Below are positions 25,204 through 33,398 of a DNA stretch of 64,000 nt, in pieces. The notes under the pieces were generated by a model. The model was given only the letters and a program-made list of their open reading frames with translations. It had not been told where the DNA came from and made no database searches. The stretch comes from a virus. Its lineage: Duplodnaviria > Heunggongvirae > Uroviricota > Caudoviricetes. The position numbers and the translations under genes are program-made. How positions within the stretch are numbered: the stretch's first letter is position 1; each line of letters begins with the position of its first letter. Where the stretch lies: positions 39,803-103,802 of the IMG/VR virus record IMGVR_UViG_2671180139_000002. One strand, written 5' to 3'.

Positions 25204-26268
25204 CTAGACGGTAATGCTCTGCACTTCCGCGAGGATGTCAGCGCACTGCGACTTGATGATCGCCGCTTCATCAGCGCCGAGATCATCGACATACTTGGCG
25301 ACGGAGGCTTCCAGCGAGATCGCGGATGGTGCGGAAGAAGCTGCGCGAGCCGAAACCACCTCGCGAGCGACCTGGATGGATACGCCGCGGGCACCCAGGG
25401 TCTGCAGCTCCTCGCGAAGCTCCTTTACCTCGGAATCCGCGAGCTTCATGCCGCGAACCCGGGCGTAGTTGCCGTCGACGATCAGCGGGATATCATCCGG
25501 ATCGGTGTCGCCGGTGATGTCCACGAAGTTCGGGGCGTGGCTCGCGCGGTAGTCGATGCGATCGGGATGCACGATGAGGAAGCCGGCTTTCGTGCCCACA
25601 TCGCTCCAGGTCTGGTGCGTGGCCGCGCCGATAGAGGTGACCTTCCCGCCGGCCATGACCTTGTGATTGTGGTAGTGTCCGGCGAAGATCCGCTTGAAGC
25701 CGTACTTGGCGAGTTCGTCGGCCGTCAGCCCGTGTTCCGGAACGCCCGTCAGCACACCGTCGATGCCGGCGTGAATGACCACGTCGAGTTCGTCGGCGTC
25801 GGAGACGCTGTCACGGAGCTCAGCCAGATCGACCCGAAGTTGATCGAGGGATGCGCGCCAGGGAACGAGAGCGATCGACACGTCCTGCAGGAGCGTTGTC
25901 TTGGTCGCTACCCCGAAGTTCGGCAGGGCGCCGATCGTTTGGATGGCGTTGCCGAGTTCGGTGGTATCCTTGCTCTTGTTGTCGTGGTTGCCGGGGATCG
26001 CGACGATTTCCACACCCGAAGCCAGGATGCGCTTGAGGCACTGGTGGGTCGGATTGAATACCTCGGGGTTCAGCGACCCGCGTTGGTGGAAGAGATCGCC
26101 GCCGAAGACGAGCAGGTTGCCGCCGGCGGCCTTAACCTCGGCCGCGGCTCGCTCCATCTCGTTCAGGATGATGCGCAGGCGGGAATTGACCCCATCAGCA
26201 TCGACCGTGGAGAACGCGCTCCAGTCGTGGCAGTGCTGATCGGACATGAGACCGTAGGGCTGGTCCAT
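25204..26268 (-). CDS. SbcD/Mre11-like nuclease (T4 gp47-like)
   Basis: Calcineurin-like phosphoesterase motifs LLVFGGDLFH, VAIPGNHD, GHYHNHK; adjacent to sbcC. Confidence 0.85.
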   Translation of the reverse strand: MDQPYGLMSDQHCHDWSAFSTVDADGVNSRLRIILNEMERAAAEVKAAGGNLLVFGGDLFHQRGSLNPEVFNPTHQCLKRILASGVEIVAIPGNHDNKSKDTTELGNAIQTIGALPNFGVATKTTLLQDVSIALVPWRASLDQLRVDLAELRDSVSDADELDVVIHAGIDGVLTGVPEHGLTADELAKYGFKRIFAGHYHNHKVMAGGKVTSIGAATHQTWSDVGTKAGFLIVHPDRIDYRASHAPNFVDITGDTDPDDIPLIVDGNYARVRGMKLADSEVKELREELQTLGARGVSIQVAREVVSARAASSAPSAISLEASVAKYVDDLGADEAAIIKSQCADILAEVQSITV

Positions 26269-26322
26269 CGCTTACCTCGAAGAGAAGGGGCGCGACCCGA
26301 AGGCCGCGCCGTTGTTGTCAGA

Positions 26323-26874
26323 TCAGAGGACGCCGACGTTGATGACCTTGATTTCGCCCGCGTCCGGGAAGCGCTTGATGACCTTTGCGGCCATATCCGC
26401 CGTGACCTCGGCGGGTACGCCGGCTGCTGCGAAGGTTGCTGCCAGTTCCTGGGTCTTGTCGCTCACACTGACCGGCTCGCCGCAGGTGCAGCCTTCGCCG
26501 CAAGTGTCAGCGGTGTCGCTCGACGCCTGGGCCGCATCGACCTTAGGTTCGTCGCCGGCTGCCTGCTCGCCTTCGTCCTGCTCGACACTGGCGTTGTAGA
26601 TGTCGAAAGCACGGGCCTTCAGGATGTCGAACACGAGACGACGATGCTTGGCGGAGTTGGCGATCTTCTCGAGATTGGCGAGGTTCGCACGGGCCTGGTC
26701 GATCAGGACCAATGTGCGGCCAAGCGGCAGCACCACTTCATTGTCCACGTTCTCGAATTTATGGAGCTGGAGATCATCGGCCGCCTGCGCAAAGCTGCCG
26801 AGCACCTCGGCCAGCAATTCGAGCTGCGGCAGCTCGAAGGAAAATTCACCGCTGATTTTGCTCTGTGCGTTCAT
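26323..26874 (-). CDS. hypothetical protein
   Basis: 183 aa from the internal Met; contains a CGEGCTCGE cluster. Confidence 0.4.
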   Translation of the reverse strand: MNAQSKISGEFSFELPQLELLAEVLGSFAQAADDLQLHKFENVDNEVVLPLGRTLVLIDQARANLANLEKIANSAKHRRLVFDILKARAFDIYNASVEQDEGEQAAGDEPKVDAAQASSDTADTCGEGCTCGEPVSVSDKTQELAATFAAAGVPAEVTADMAAKVIKRFPDAGEIKVINVGVL

Positions 26875-26964
26875 TGCGCTTCCCGTTCTGTGTGCGTGTG
26901 TCGTGTCGTCAATCAACACTTACTTATCTATAGCGACGCGCGAGAGGCTTGCGATGGGAAAGTC

Positions 26965-27336
26965 TCAGAGGCGAATGGAGCCTGCGATCATGCGGAAATG
27001 CGAGAGTGGAAGGCATCGGCCCCAGCGATTGACCGTGGCGTGCTCATAGAACCGATCGATGACCGTCAGCCACTTGTCGCCGGTGTCCTTGCAGAGCACG
27101 CCCACGTAGCGGATGCCCTGAGCGCGGATCGTGAGCAGGGTGTCGTCGTCAATGGCCCAGGCCGCGGTGCCTTTGCGAACCGCCGAGGAGATATCCCGCT
27201 CGCCGGCCCGCTGAATGTCGGAGGTTTTGCGATAGGCGAGGAAGCAGCGCTTCCCGTCAGACAACGTATAGATGCCGCCCCGTGACCGTCCTCTTCGGAA
27301 GGGTGTGCAGGGGATTTTCGGCTTGCGCTTCGCCAT
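26965..27336 (-). CDS. hypothetical basic protein
   Basis: Start placed at MAKRKPK...; overlaps the end of the ASCH ORF by ~80 nt, so boundaries are uncertain. Confidence 0.3.
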   Translation of the reverse strand: MAKRKPKIPCTPFRRGRSRGGIYTLSDGKRCFLAYRKTSDIQRAGERDISSAVRKGTAAWAIDDDTLLTIRAQGIRYVGVLCKDTGDKWLTVIDRFYEHATVNRWGRCLPLSHFRMIAGSIRL

Positions 27337-27772
27337 CAGGGTGACTCCAGTCCCAGACGCCCTGCTTGCCCATTGCCGGGATCGGCCGCGCGAAGGGCTT
27401 GGGCTGACGCAGGCGCCAGGCATAGCGCCCGGGCGTGTACCAGCCGAAGGCAAGCTCCTCGTCGGTCAGATCCTCCAGATCCTCGTCCGTTATCGGATCA
27501 GATGAGTGGAGCAGCACGGTGCCGAGAACGCAGCCGTGGGGTAGGCTGTCCAGGTCCGGCATTTCGGTCTCGCGATAGAAACGGGCGAAATCCGGATCGC
27601 TCATGGCAGCGCGCTGCTCGTGCTTGATCTGCTTGGTCGCGGCGATGCCGATCGTCTGTCCGATCAGCGACTTGGGCGCGGGCCATCCGCGTGTTTCGAT
27701 AAATTTGTGGCCCTGGACGATCAGAGACGCCCAGGGCTGCCAGATGGAAATAACCTTCATCGCGCGACCCAA
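27257..27772 (-). CDS. ASCH-domain protein
   Basis: MKVISIWQPWASLIVQGHKFIETRGW is the ASCH N-terminal signature. Confidence 0.6.
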   Translation of the reverse strand: MGRAMKVISIWQPWASLIVQGHKFIETRGWPAPKSLIGQTIGIAATKQIKHEQRAAMSDPDFARFYRETEMPDLDSLPHGCVLGTVLLHSSDPITDEDLEDLTDEELAFGWYTPGRYAWRLRQPKPFARPIPAMGKQGVWDWSHPDGEAQAENPLHTLPKRTVTGRHLYVV

Positions 27773-27831
27773 ATCAGTGACGAATAACGAATAAGGGATA
27801 GCGCGATTTAGCGAAAGGGAGGTTCGGCGGG

Positions 27832-28938
27832 TTATGCTGCTTCCGGCGTTTCCTCAGCTTCCGTCTCGCCGCTGAGCTCGGCAGAGCCAACAATTTCCGG
27901 CTCGTAAGCCTTGGGCAGGAGAGCCTTCAGCTCGTTCATCGCGTTGTTCTTCTCGATCTCGCGAGCGAGCGCCTCACGATGAATGGACTTGCCGCCCCAG
28001 TCGACGCGACCCTGACCGACATCCTTGAGGAGCTTTTCCTTGATCAGGAATTCCACCATCGAGCGCTCGACGTCGAACTTGCCGAAGCCGGACTCGTCAA
28101 ACACGAACCGCCAGCTCGCGGTCAGGAACGGGCGGACGATCTTGTTTTTGGCGACGACGGCCGATACTTCCACGCCGACGATCTCAGCGTTCTCGCCAGT
28201 ACCCTTCTTGATCTTCGACGCCGAGCCCAGCATCAGCTTCTGGCTGTCGTAGAAGTAGGGCGCTTCACCGCCGGGCGTCTTGCGCGGATCGCCATACATC
28301 ACGCCGATCTTCATGCGGATCTGGTTGGTGAAGATGCCGAGGACGCCGAGCTCTTCCAGGTAAAGATTAAAGGCCGGAAGATGCGCCGACGTGGCGCGAG
28401 CGAGCGCCGTGTTGTCGTTCATGTTCCGATCCGTCATCTCCTTATCCTTCTTGGTCTTCACGTCGATCAAGGCCGACATAGGGACCATCGAGGCGAGAGA
28501 GTCGAAGACCCACACGATCGGCGCCTCAGGGTCGATCAGCTTCTTGCCACGGATGAGCTCAGCCGCCTTCACGCAGGTCGACAGGCTTTCCTCGAACGTG
28601 CGCGGCTTCTTGTAGATGAAGCGACCGGGGGTGACGTCCAGGCCCATGCGCTCGGCAAGGAAGCTGGAGAAGGAACGCTCATGGTCACAGAAACCGGCGA
28701 CGCCGCCGAGCTTCTGCGCCGCGATCATCGCACGGGTGGCGATCGCCGTCTTGCCCGAGGTCGAAGGACCCGCGATCTCGACCTGGCGACCGACGGGAAA
28801 GCCGCCGTCCCAGTCATAGGAGAGGGCGTAGTTCAGGGGCGGAAAGCCGGTGTCCAGGAAGTGCTTGACGGTCGCCTCGTCGTCGTTGGCGCCGATCACG
28901 CCGGCAAGGGATTTGGCGATATCTGCTGCTGAAGCCAT
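27832..28938 (-). CDS. RecA/UvsX-like recombinase
   Basis: Walker A GPSTSGKT in a RecA-fold context; 368 aa; lies in the recombination/replication cluster. Confidence 0.8.
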   Translation of the reverse strand: MASAADIAKSLAGVIGANDDEATVKHFLDTGFPPLNYALSYDWDGGFPVGRQVEIAGPSTSGKTAIATRAMIAAQKLGGVAGFCDHERSFSSFLAERMGLDVTPGRFIYKKPRTFEESLSTCVKAAELIRGKKLIDPEAPIVWVFDSLASMVPMSALIDVKTKKDKEMTDRNMNDNTALARATSAHLPAFNLYLEELGVLGIFTNQIRMKIGVMYGDPRKTPGGEAPYFYDSQKLMLGSASKIKKGTGENAEIVGVEVSAVVAKNKIVRPFLTASWRFVFDESGFGKFDVERSMVEFLIKEKLLKDVGQGRVDWGGKSIHREALAREIEKNNAMNELKALLPKAYEPEIVGSAELSGETEAEETPEAA

Positions 28939-28959
28939 GTGTGAATGTCCTAGGCTAAG

Positions 28960-29352
28960 TTATTCGGTATCAATGAAAGCGACCTCGTCATCATCTTCCA
29001 GGACCCGAGGTTTGGGCTTCCCGGTGCCGACGAGACGAGGCTGAGGACCCGCGGTCGCGGCGGGTCGCGCAGGAGAGGGGGCCAGCGAAGGAGGGGTCGC
29101 CGGCAAATCCATATCGAAAGAGAACCGGGTGGCCGCGCCAGGGTGCTTGTCCATCAGCAGCTTGGCGTTGCGCAGAAGGTTGTCGACCTGGGAATGGAGG
29201 TAGGTGCCGATCTTCGTCAGCTTCTCCGCGGTCATGTTCTCCAGATCCGCCTCGATGGCGCTCAAGGCGACATTCATGTGCGTGTTGACGTCCGTCACGG
29301 CGTCTTCGACGCTCGGCCGCCGGCGCGCGGGATCAATACGCCGCTCGTTCAT
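28960..29352 (-). CDS. hypothetical protein
   Basis: 130 aa; preceded by a palindromic motif embedded in the FEN gene's 3' end. Confidence 0.4.
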   Translation of the reverse strand: MNERRIDPARRRPSVEDAVTDVNTHMNVALSAIEADLENMTAEKLTKIGTYLHSQVDNLLRNAKLLMDKHPGAATRFSFDMDLPATPPSLAPSPARPAATAGPQPRLVGTGKPKPRVLEDDDEVAFIDTE

Positions 29353-30407
29353 GCCGCCCTCGCGAAGGGTTCACACCAGCCGTCGATATCAGTCAAAATT
29401 GACTTGAAAGACAGCTCGGAGCAAAAGCTGGCGAAGTCGTCGCGTTCCAGGCTCCCGGCAGTGAGCTTGAGACGGGCGGGCGCGGGAATGTCGGGCGAAT
29501 TTAGATCCATCAGGGTCATGTTGCGGGTGAAGATGAAGTGCTTCTCCTCCTGCTCGGCGAAGTCGCGCAGCTTCTTGGGCAGCTTGGCAGCATCGATCGT
29601 GCGATCGAGGACCTGGTTGCGGAAGGAGACGACCGAACCGTAGGTGCGCAGGAGCTCGATTGCGCCCTTCTCGCCGATACCACCGACGCCGGGAATCTCG
29701 TCGGACGCATCGCCCATCAGAGCCTTAATCTCCAACCAGGCGCGAGGGGAGGGGACGCCCATCCAGCCGTCGATCTCGTCCTTGCCGTTACAGACGACAA
29801 TCCGCTTCTTCGCCGGATCGTAGCCGAGCTTCTTCTCCAGCGTATTCAGGGTGAGGAGCTCGCCGCGCTGCGGATCGAACCAGCTCACATTAGGCTGGAT
29901 AAGCTGGATCCAGTCCTTGTCGCCGGAGAGCATCAGAACCTTCTTGCCCTGCGCTGCATAGCGGCGAGCCAGGATGGCGGCGAGATCGTCGGCCTCGAGG
30001 TTCATGGCCGCGAGCTGGCTGACGCCAAGATGCTTGAGGCCCTTCAGAATGAGCGGCCGCTGCACCTTGTAGCCCTTTCGCAGGGCAAGCTGTGCCTTCG
30101 CGGCTGGCGTGTCGGCCGGAGCGTCTCGCCCAGCCTTGTATTCCTCGTAGAAGTGCTTGCGCCAGGACACGCCGTCCCAGAGCACCACGGGTTTGAGAAG
30201 AGGGTAGCGGGCGACAGCCATGCGGATGGCGCGCATGAAGCCGAAGACCGCCTGGACCTCCATTTCGCCGACGGTCAGCTTCTTGGTCGCTGCTGCAGCG
30301 AAGCCGATGTTGTTGCCGTCGATCAGCAGATAGCCGTTGGTCATGAATTCCTCGAGCGAGACATGAAAACGGCGGCGCCCACGAGATACAGGAGAGCGCC
30401 GCCGCAA
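29349..30407 (-). CDS. 5'-3' exonuclease / flap endonuclease (T4 RNase H-like)
   Basis: N-terminal LLIDGNNIGFAAA (PIN-like 5'-nuclease), an acidic metal-binding cluster, and a central H3TH-like region. Confidence 0.8.
   Translation of the reverse strand: MRRRSPVSRGRRRFHVSLEEFMTNGYLLIDGNNIGFAAAATKKLTVGEMEVQAVFGFMRAIRMAVARYPLLKPVVLWDGVSWRKHFYEEYKAGRDAPADTPAAKAQLALRKGYKVQRPLILKGLKHLGVSQLAAMNLEADDLAAILARRYAAQGKKVLMLSGDKDWIQLIQPNVSWFDPQRGELLTLNTLEKKLGYDPAKKRIVVCNGKDEIDGWMGVPSPRAWLEIKALMGDASDEIPGVGGIGEKGAIELLRTYGSVVSFRNQVLDRTIDAAKLPKKLRDFAEQEEKHFIFTRNMTLMDLNSPDIPAPARLKLTAGSLERDDFASFCSELSFKSILTDIDGWCEPFARAA
29391..29405. promoter_or_regulatory. palindromic motif instance (AGTCAAAATTGACTT) embedded in the FEN C-terminal coding sequence
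   Basis: Lies ~40 nt upstream of the start of 28960..29352. Confidence 0.4.
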
Positions 30408-30455
30408 GATCGAGACCCGCAGAGGCGGGGAGGGGATGCGGGTCTCGAAGCCCGA

Positions 30456-31436
30456 TTAGAGCCCTTCGAGCTCGCTGAGGATGGAGTCCATGTCCTCCTC
30501 GTCGATCACGGCGCCGAAGTCGTCACCCTTGGAGGCGGGCTTGGCTTCCTCGACCGGAGCAGGCTTCGGCTTCGTGACGGTGGCCTTGGCGGTCGCCGGC
30601 GTCGCGACGACTTCCGGGGTCTCCTCGACCTCCTCGGCAACCGAAGCCGCCGCCGACGTGAGCAGGGCAGAGGTCGAGCGGCCGATCGCGGGCACCGAAA
30701 TGCCGGTCATCTGGGTGATCGCGTTCAGGGCCTTCGTCTCGTCACCGCGGAAGAATTCCTTCTCGATGAACTCGTCGAGGTCGACGCACTTCTCCAGGGC
30801 GCTCGCCGGAACCGGATTGGGCTTGAGCGACGGCATGACCGTGTACTCGGTGTCCAGGCCCTTGCCCTTGCGCTCGATGACGAAATCGATGCCGGTCTTG
30901 GCGTCGAAGATGTTGGTTTCGTCGCCGTACTGCTCAGCCATCGAGAGGATGGTGCCGAAGGTCGTCGGCGTCATTTCCAGGACCACCGGATCTTCCGAAG
31001 CGTCGGAGCCGGAACGGATGAGCGCGTTCACGAGGACGCTCTTCTTGGCCTTCCATTCCTTGATGATGGCGAGGGAGTCGTCGTCGGTCGCTGCATGAGC
31101 GGCCTTCTCGATCGCCTGGCAGATGGGGCAGGGCTCGTCGTTGACGACGTCGCGGCAGCCGACGACGGCGACGGGCTTGCCGTTCTTCTCCATCTTGATC
31201 CAGTGGACGCCGAGATCAGCCCAGAACTTCTCGTCGGGCTTGGGCTGAAGGATGCGGACGGTGGTCTTGCCTTCCTTCAGCTTCACGGAACGGCTGTTGT
31301 TCCGGGAATACTTGTTCTTCGCGCCTTTGACGAGCGCGGCGAGAGCGGGAGAGAGAGCCATAAAATGCCTTTCGTACTTCGTGCTTTGATGCTGCGAGAC
31401 TTGCCTATCGCCCTTTAGCGATTTAGCGAATTGCAT
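30456..31436 (-). CDS. gp32-like single-stranded DNA-binding protein
   Basis: Zn-binding H...C...CPIC cluster in a gp32-like core (HWIKMEKNGKPVAVVGCRDVVNDEPCPIC) and an acidic C-terminal tail. Confidence 0.7.
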   Translation of the reverse strand: MQFAKSLKGDRQVSQHQSTKYERHFMALSPALAALVKGAKNKYSRNNSRSVKLKEGKTTVRILQPKPDEKFWADLGVHWIKMEKNGKPVAVVGCRDVVNDEPCPICQAIEKAAHAATDDDSLAIIKEWKAKKSVLVNALIRSGSDASEDPVVLEMTPTTFGTILSMAEQYGDETNIFDAKTGIDFVIERKGKGLDTEYTVMPSLKPNPVPASALEKCVDLDEFIEKEFFRGDETKALNAITQMTGISVPAIGRSTSALLTSAAASVAEEVEETPEVVATPATAKATVTKPKPAPVEEAKPASKGDDFGAVIDEEDMDSILSELEGL

Positions 31437-31510
31437 AGCTGTTTATAGCGTTTTCGCTGAGGCTATGCAGTGGAAAGTCGCGCGGATGTCGATCTTTCGT
31501 TGGTGCCGGC

Positions 31511-32359
31511 TTACTTCCCGATGCTGATCATCGGGGTGGAGCCTCCGGGAACCATCGTGGAGGGGAGCTTGCCGTCCCAGCGTTCCGCCTGGGTCAGAGC
31601 TACGAGGTTGGGGTTGTCGCGCAGGGCATCGCCGCGAGCCTTGATGGCGGCCGCTTCGGCTTCGCCGCGCTTCTGCGTGGCATAGGCGTCAGCGTCGGCC
31701 GCGGCGCGCACCGAGTCTGCCTTGGCCTGGGCCTGCGTGACGGTGATCTGGGCCTGGACCTTCTCGCGCTGGGCGTTCTGCTGGAGCTTCTCGACTTCGA
31801 TCTGCGCCTGCATCCGCTGCTCGATCGAGGCGACGTACTGCGGGCTGAACGTGATCTCCTCGATCTGCACGCCCTCGACCACGACCGGGCCGTCGACCGA
31901 CTTCGCGATCGCGTCGAACACCTGCTGGTTCAGCTTGGCCCGGTCCTGGATGGCCTGCTGCGCGGTGAAGCGGCCGAACACGTTCTTGAACTGCTGCTGG
32001 ATGCGCGGCTGAATGAGACGGCTCTCGACGTTCTCAGCGTTGCGGAACTCCGCGTAGATCGCCTGCACCTTGCCGGGATCCAGGTGGTAGTTCACCGACA
32101 CGCGGATGTTCGCCGGCTGCTGATCGGAACTGTAGGCTTCCATCTGATCGATGGTCACGACCTGCATCTGCACCGGAAGCCGGGCGATGCTCTCGATGAT
32201 CGGCACGTTGAAATGAAGGCCGGGCTGCGCTTCACCGACGATGGCACCGTTGCGCAGGATCACGCCGCGTTCGCCGGCGTCGATTGAGCTGGCGCTGGAG
32301 AAGGCCAAAATACCGACGAAGAGAGCGGCGCCGGCGAGCAGAATTGCCTTGGGTTTCAT
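31511..32359 (-). CDS. SPFH/band-7 (prohibitin/HflC-like) membrane protein
   Basis: N-terminal TM anchor followed by an SPFH core (VVTIDQMEAYSSDQ..., coiled-coil tail). Confidence 0.75.
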   Translation of the reverse strand: MKPKAILLAGAALFVGILAFSSASSIDAGERGVILRNGAIVGEAQPGLHFNVPIIESIARLPVQMQVVTIDQMEAYSSDQQPANIRVSVNYHLDPGKVQAIYAEFRNAENVESRLIQPRIQQQFKNVFGRFTAQQAIQDRAKLNQQVFDAIAKSVDGPVVVEGVQIEEITFSPQYVASIEQRMQAQIEVEKLQQNAQREKVQAQITVTQAQAKADSVRAAADADAYATQKRGEAEAAAIKARGDALRDNPNLVALTQAERWDGKLPSTMVPGGSTPMISIGK

Positions 32360-32417
32360 ACAGGTCCTCTGGGTGTTGAAGAAAAGCCTCGTGCGGGTTG
32401 ATCCGCACGAGTGAAGA

Positions 32418-32747
32418 TCAGGCGGCGCTGGAAGCCGTCGCCGGCGCGCTGTCGTTGTCGGCCGCGGGCGTCTCGACCGGAACCGCGATCAGCTTCTGGA
32501 TGTTCTGGGCCGCTGCCTGGGCCTGCGCCGCCTCGGTCGTTGCTTCCCGAGCCGCTACCTTGTGAGCGACGGAGCGTTCCTGGTGGAAGTCGGCGAGGCT
32601 CAGCTTGTCCTCGGCGTGCTCCTTCAGCTCCTCGATGATGTTGCCGAGCGGAGCGACAATGTGAGCGACGGAGCGCTCCACGAACTCCTCAGCTTCCTCG
32701 GCCGCGCCGAAGATCTTCGCAAAAATGCTCTTGATACCCATGCCCAT
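32418..32747 (-). CDS. hypothetical protein
   Basis: 109-aa Ala/Glu-rich ORF. Confidence 0.35.
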   Translation of the reverse strand: MGMGIKSIFAKIFGAAEEAEEFVERSVAHIVAPLGNIIEELKEHAEDKLSLADFHQERSVAHKVAAREATTEAAQAQAAAQNIQKLIAVPVETPAADNDSAPATASSAA

Positions 32748-32787
32748 GTCCTTCGGGGTTTGCGCCGGCTTGTTGAGCAGCCGGAAT

Positions 32788-33318
32788 TCAGTGCGTGGCG
32801 TTCTCGCCGGTGATCCGCTTGAGGGTGCGTTCCTTCACGGCTTCGAGGGCGTTCTCCGCCTCGTTACGCCGGCTGATGGAGATCTCGCCCTTCATCTCCT
32901 CGCGGGAGATCAGGCCCTGCTGGATCAGCATGTCGCGGCGATGCCGAAAGCCTTCGACTGCGATCTTGGCAATCGCCTCGATCTGCTTGGCTTCGTTCAG
33001 GCAGCGCTTGAGCGAGACGACCTGGGAATGAACCGCGACCTTCTTCTCCAGCGCGGCTTCCGTGATCTTCTCACCGGTCTTGAGCGCGGCGTCGCGGAGC
33101 GCGCGGTAAACCTGCGCCTCGGCGTTCTCCAAGAGCATCTTGAGGGAGTCGACCTGGCGCGAAGCCTTCGACGCGAGGATCCCGTAGTGAACCAGGAGCG
33201 CGCCCTGGTTCATCATGGCGCTGGAGAGATCCGCGAGCGAATAGCTCATGTCCGCCTTGAGCTGCCCGGCGTCGATGTAGTTGCGCACCTTGAACTTGGT
33301 GGGCTCACTTTCCGACAT
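32788..33318 (-). CDS. hypothetical coiled-coil protein, tentatively UvsY-like recombination mediator
   Basis: 176 aa; weak pattern similarity to T4 UvsY (C-terminal AIAKIAVEGFRHRRDMLIQ vs AIKSRGFAIKHIQDMR); a UvsX-like gene is nearby. Confidence 0.3.
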   Translation of the reverse strand: MSESEPTKFKVRNYIDAGQLKADMSYSLADLSSAMMNQGALLVHYGILASKASRQVDSLKMLLENAEAQVYRALRDAALKTGEKITEAALEKKVAVHSQVVSLKRCLNEAKQIEAIAKIAVEGFRHRRDMLIQQGLISREEMKGEISISRRNEAENALEAVKERTLKRITGENATH

Positions 33319-33342
33319 GCGTTCCTCGTTCCGTCCGGTGTT

Positions 33343-33362
33343 AAATCAGTATTTATTGATCA
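33343..33362. promoter_or_regulatory. motif variant (AAATCAGTATTTATTGATCA) followed by TAGCGA
   Basis: Between the dnaE stop and the start of gene 32788..33318. Confidence 0.4.
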
Positions 33363-33398
33363 TAGCGAATGCGACACGGGTCGCAGCAGATTCTTCGC

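Noticed and set aside
25183-27285. 700-aa plus-strand ORF
   Set aside because: Antisense to sbcD and downstream genes; biased composition; no recognisable domain.
29538-31418. 626-aa plus-strand ORF
   Set aside because: Antisense to the FEN and gp32-like genes, both of which carry strong motifs on the minus strand.
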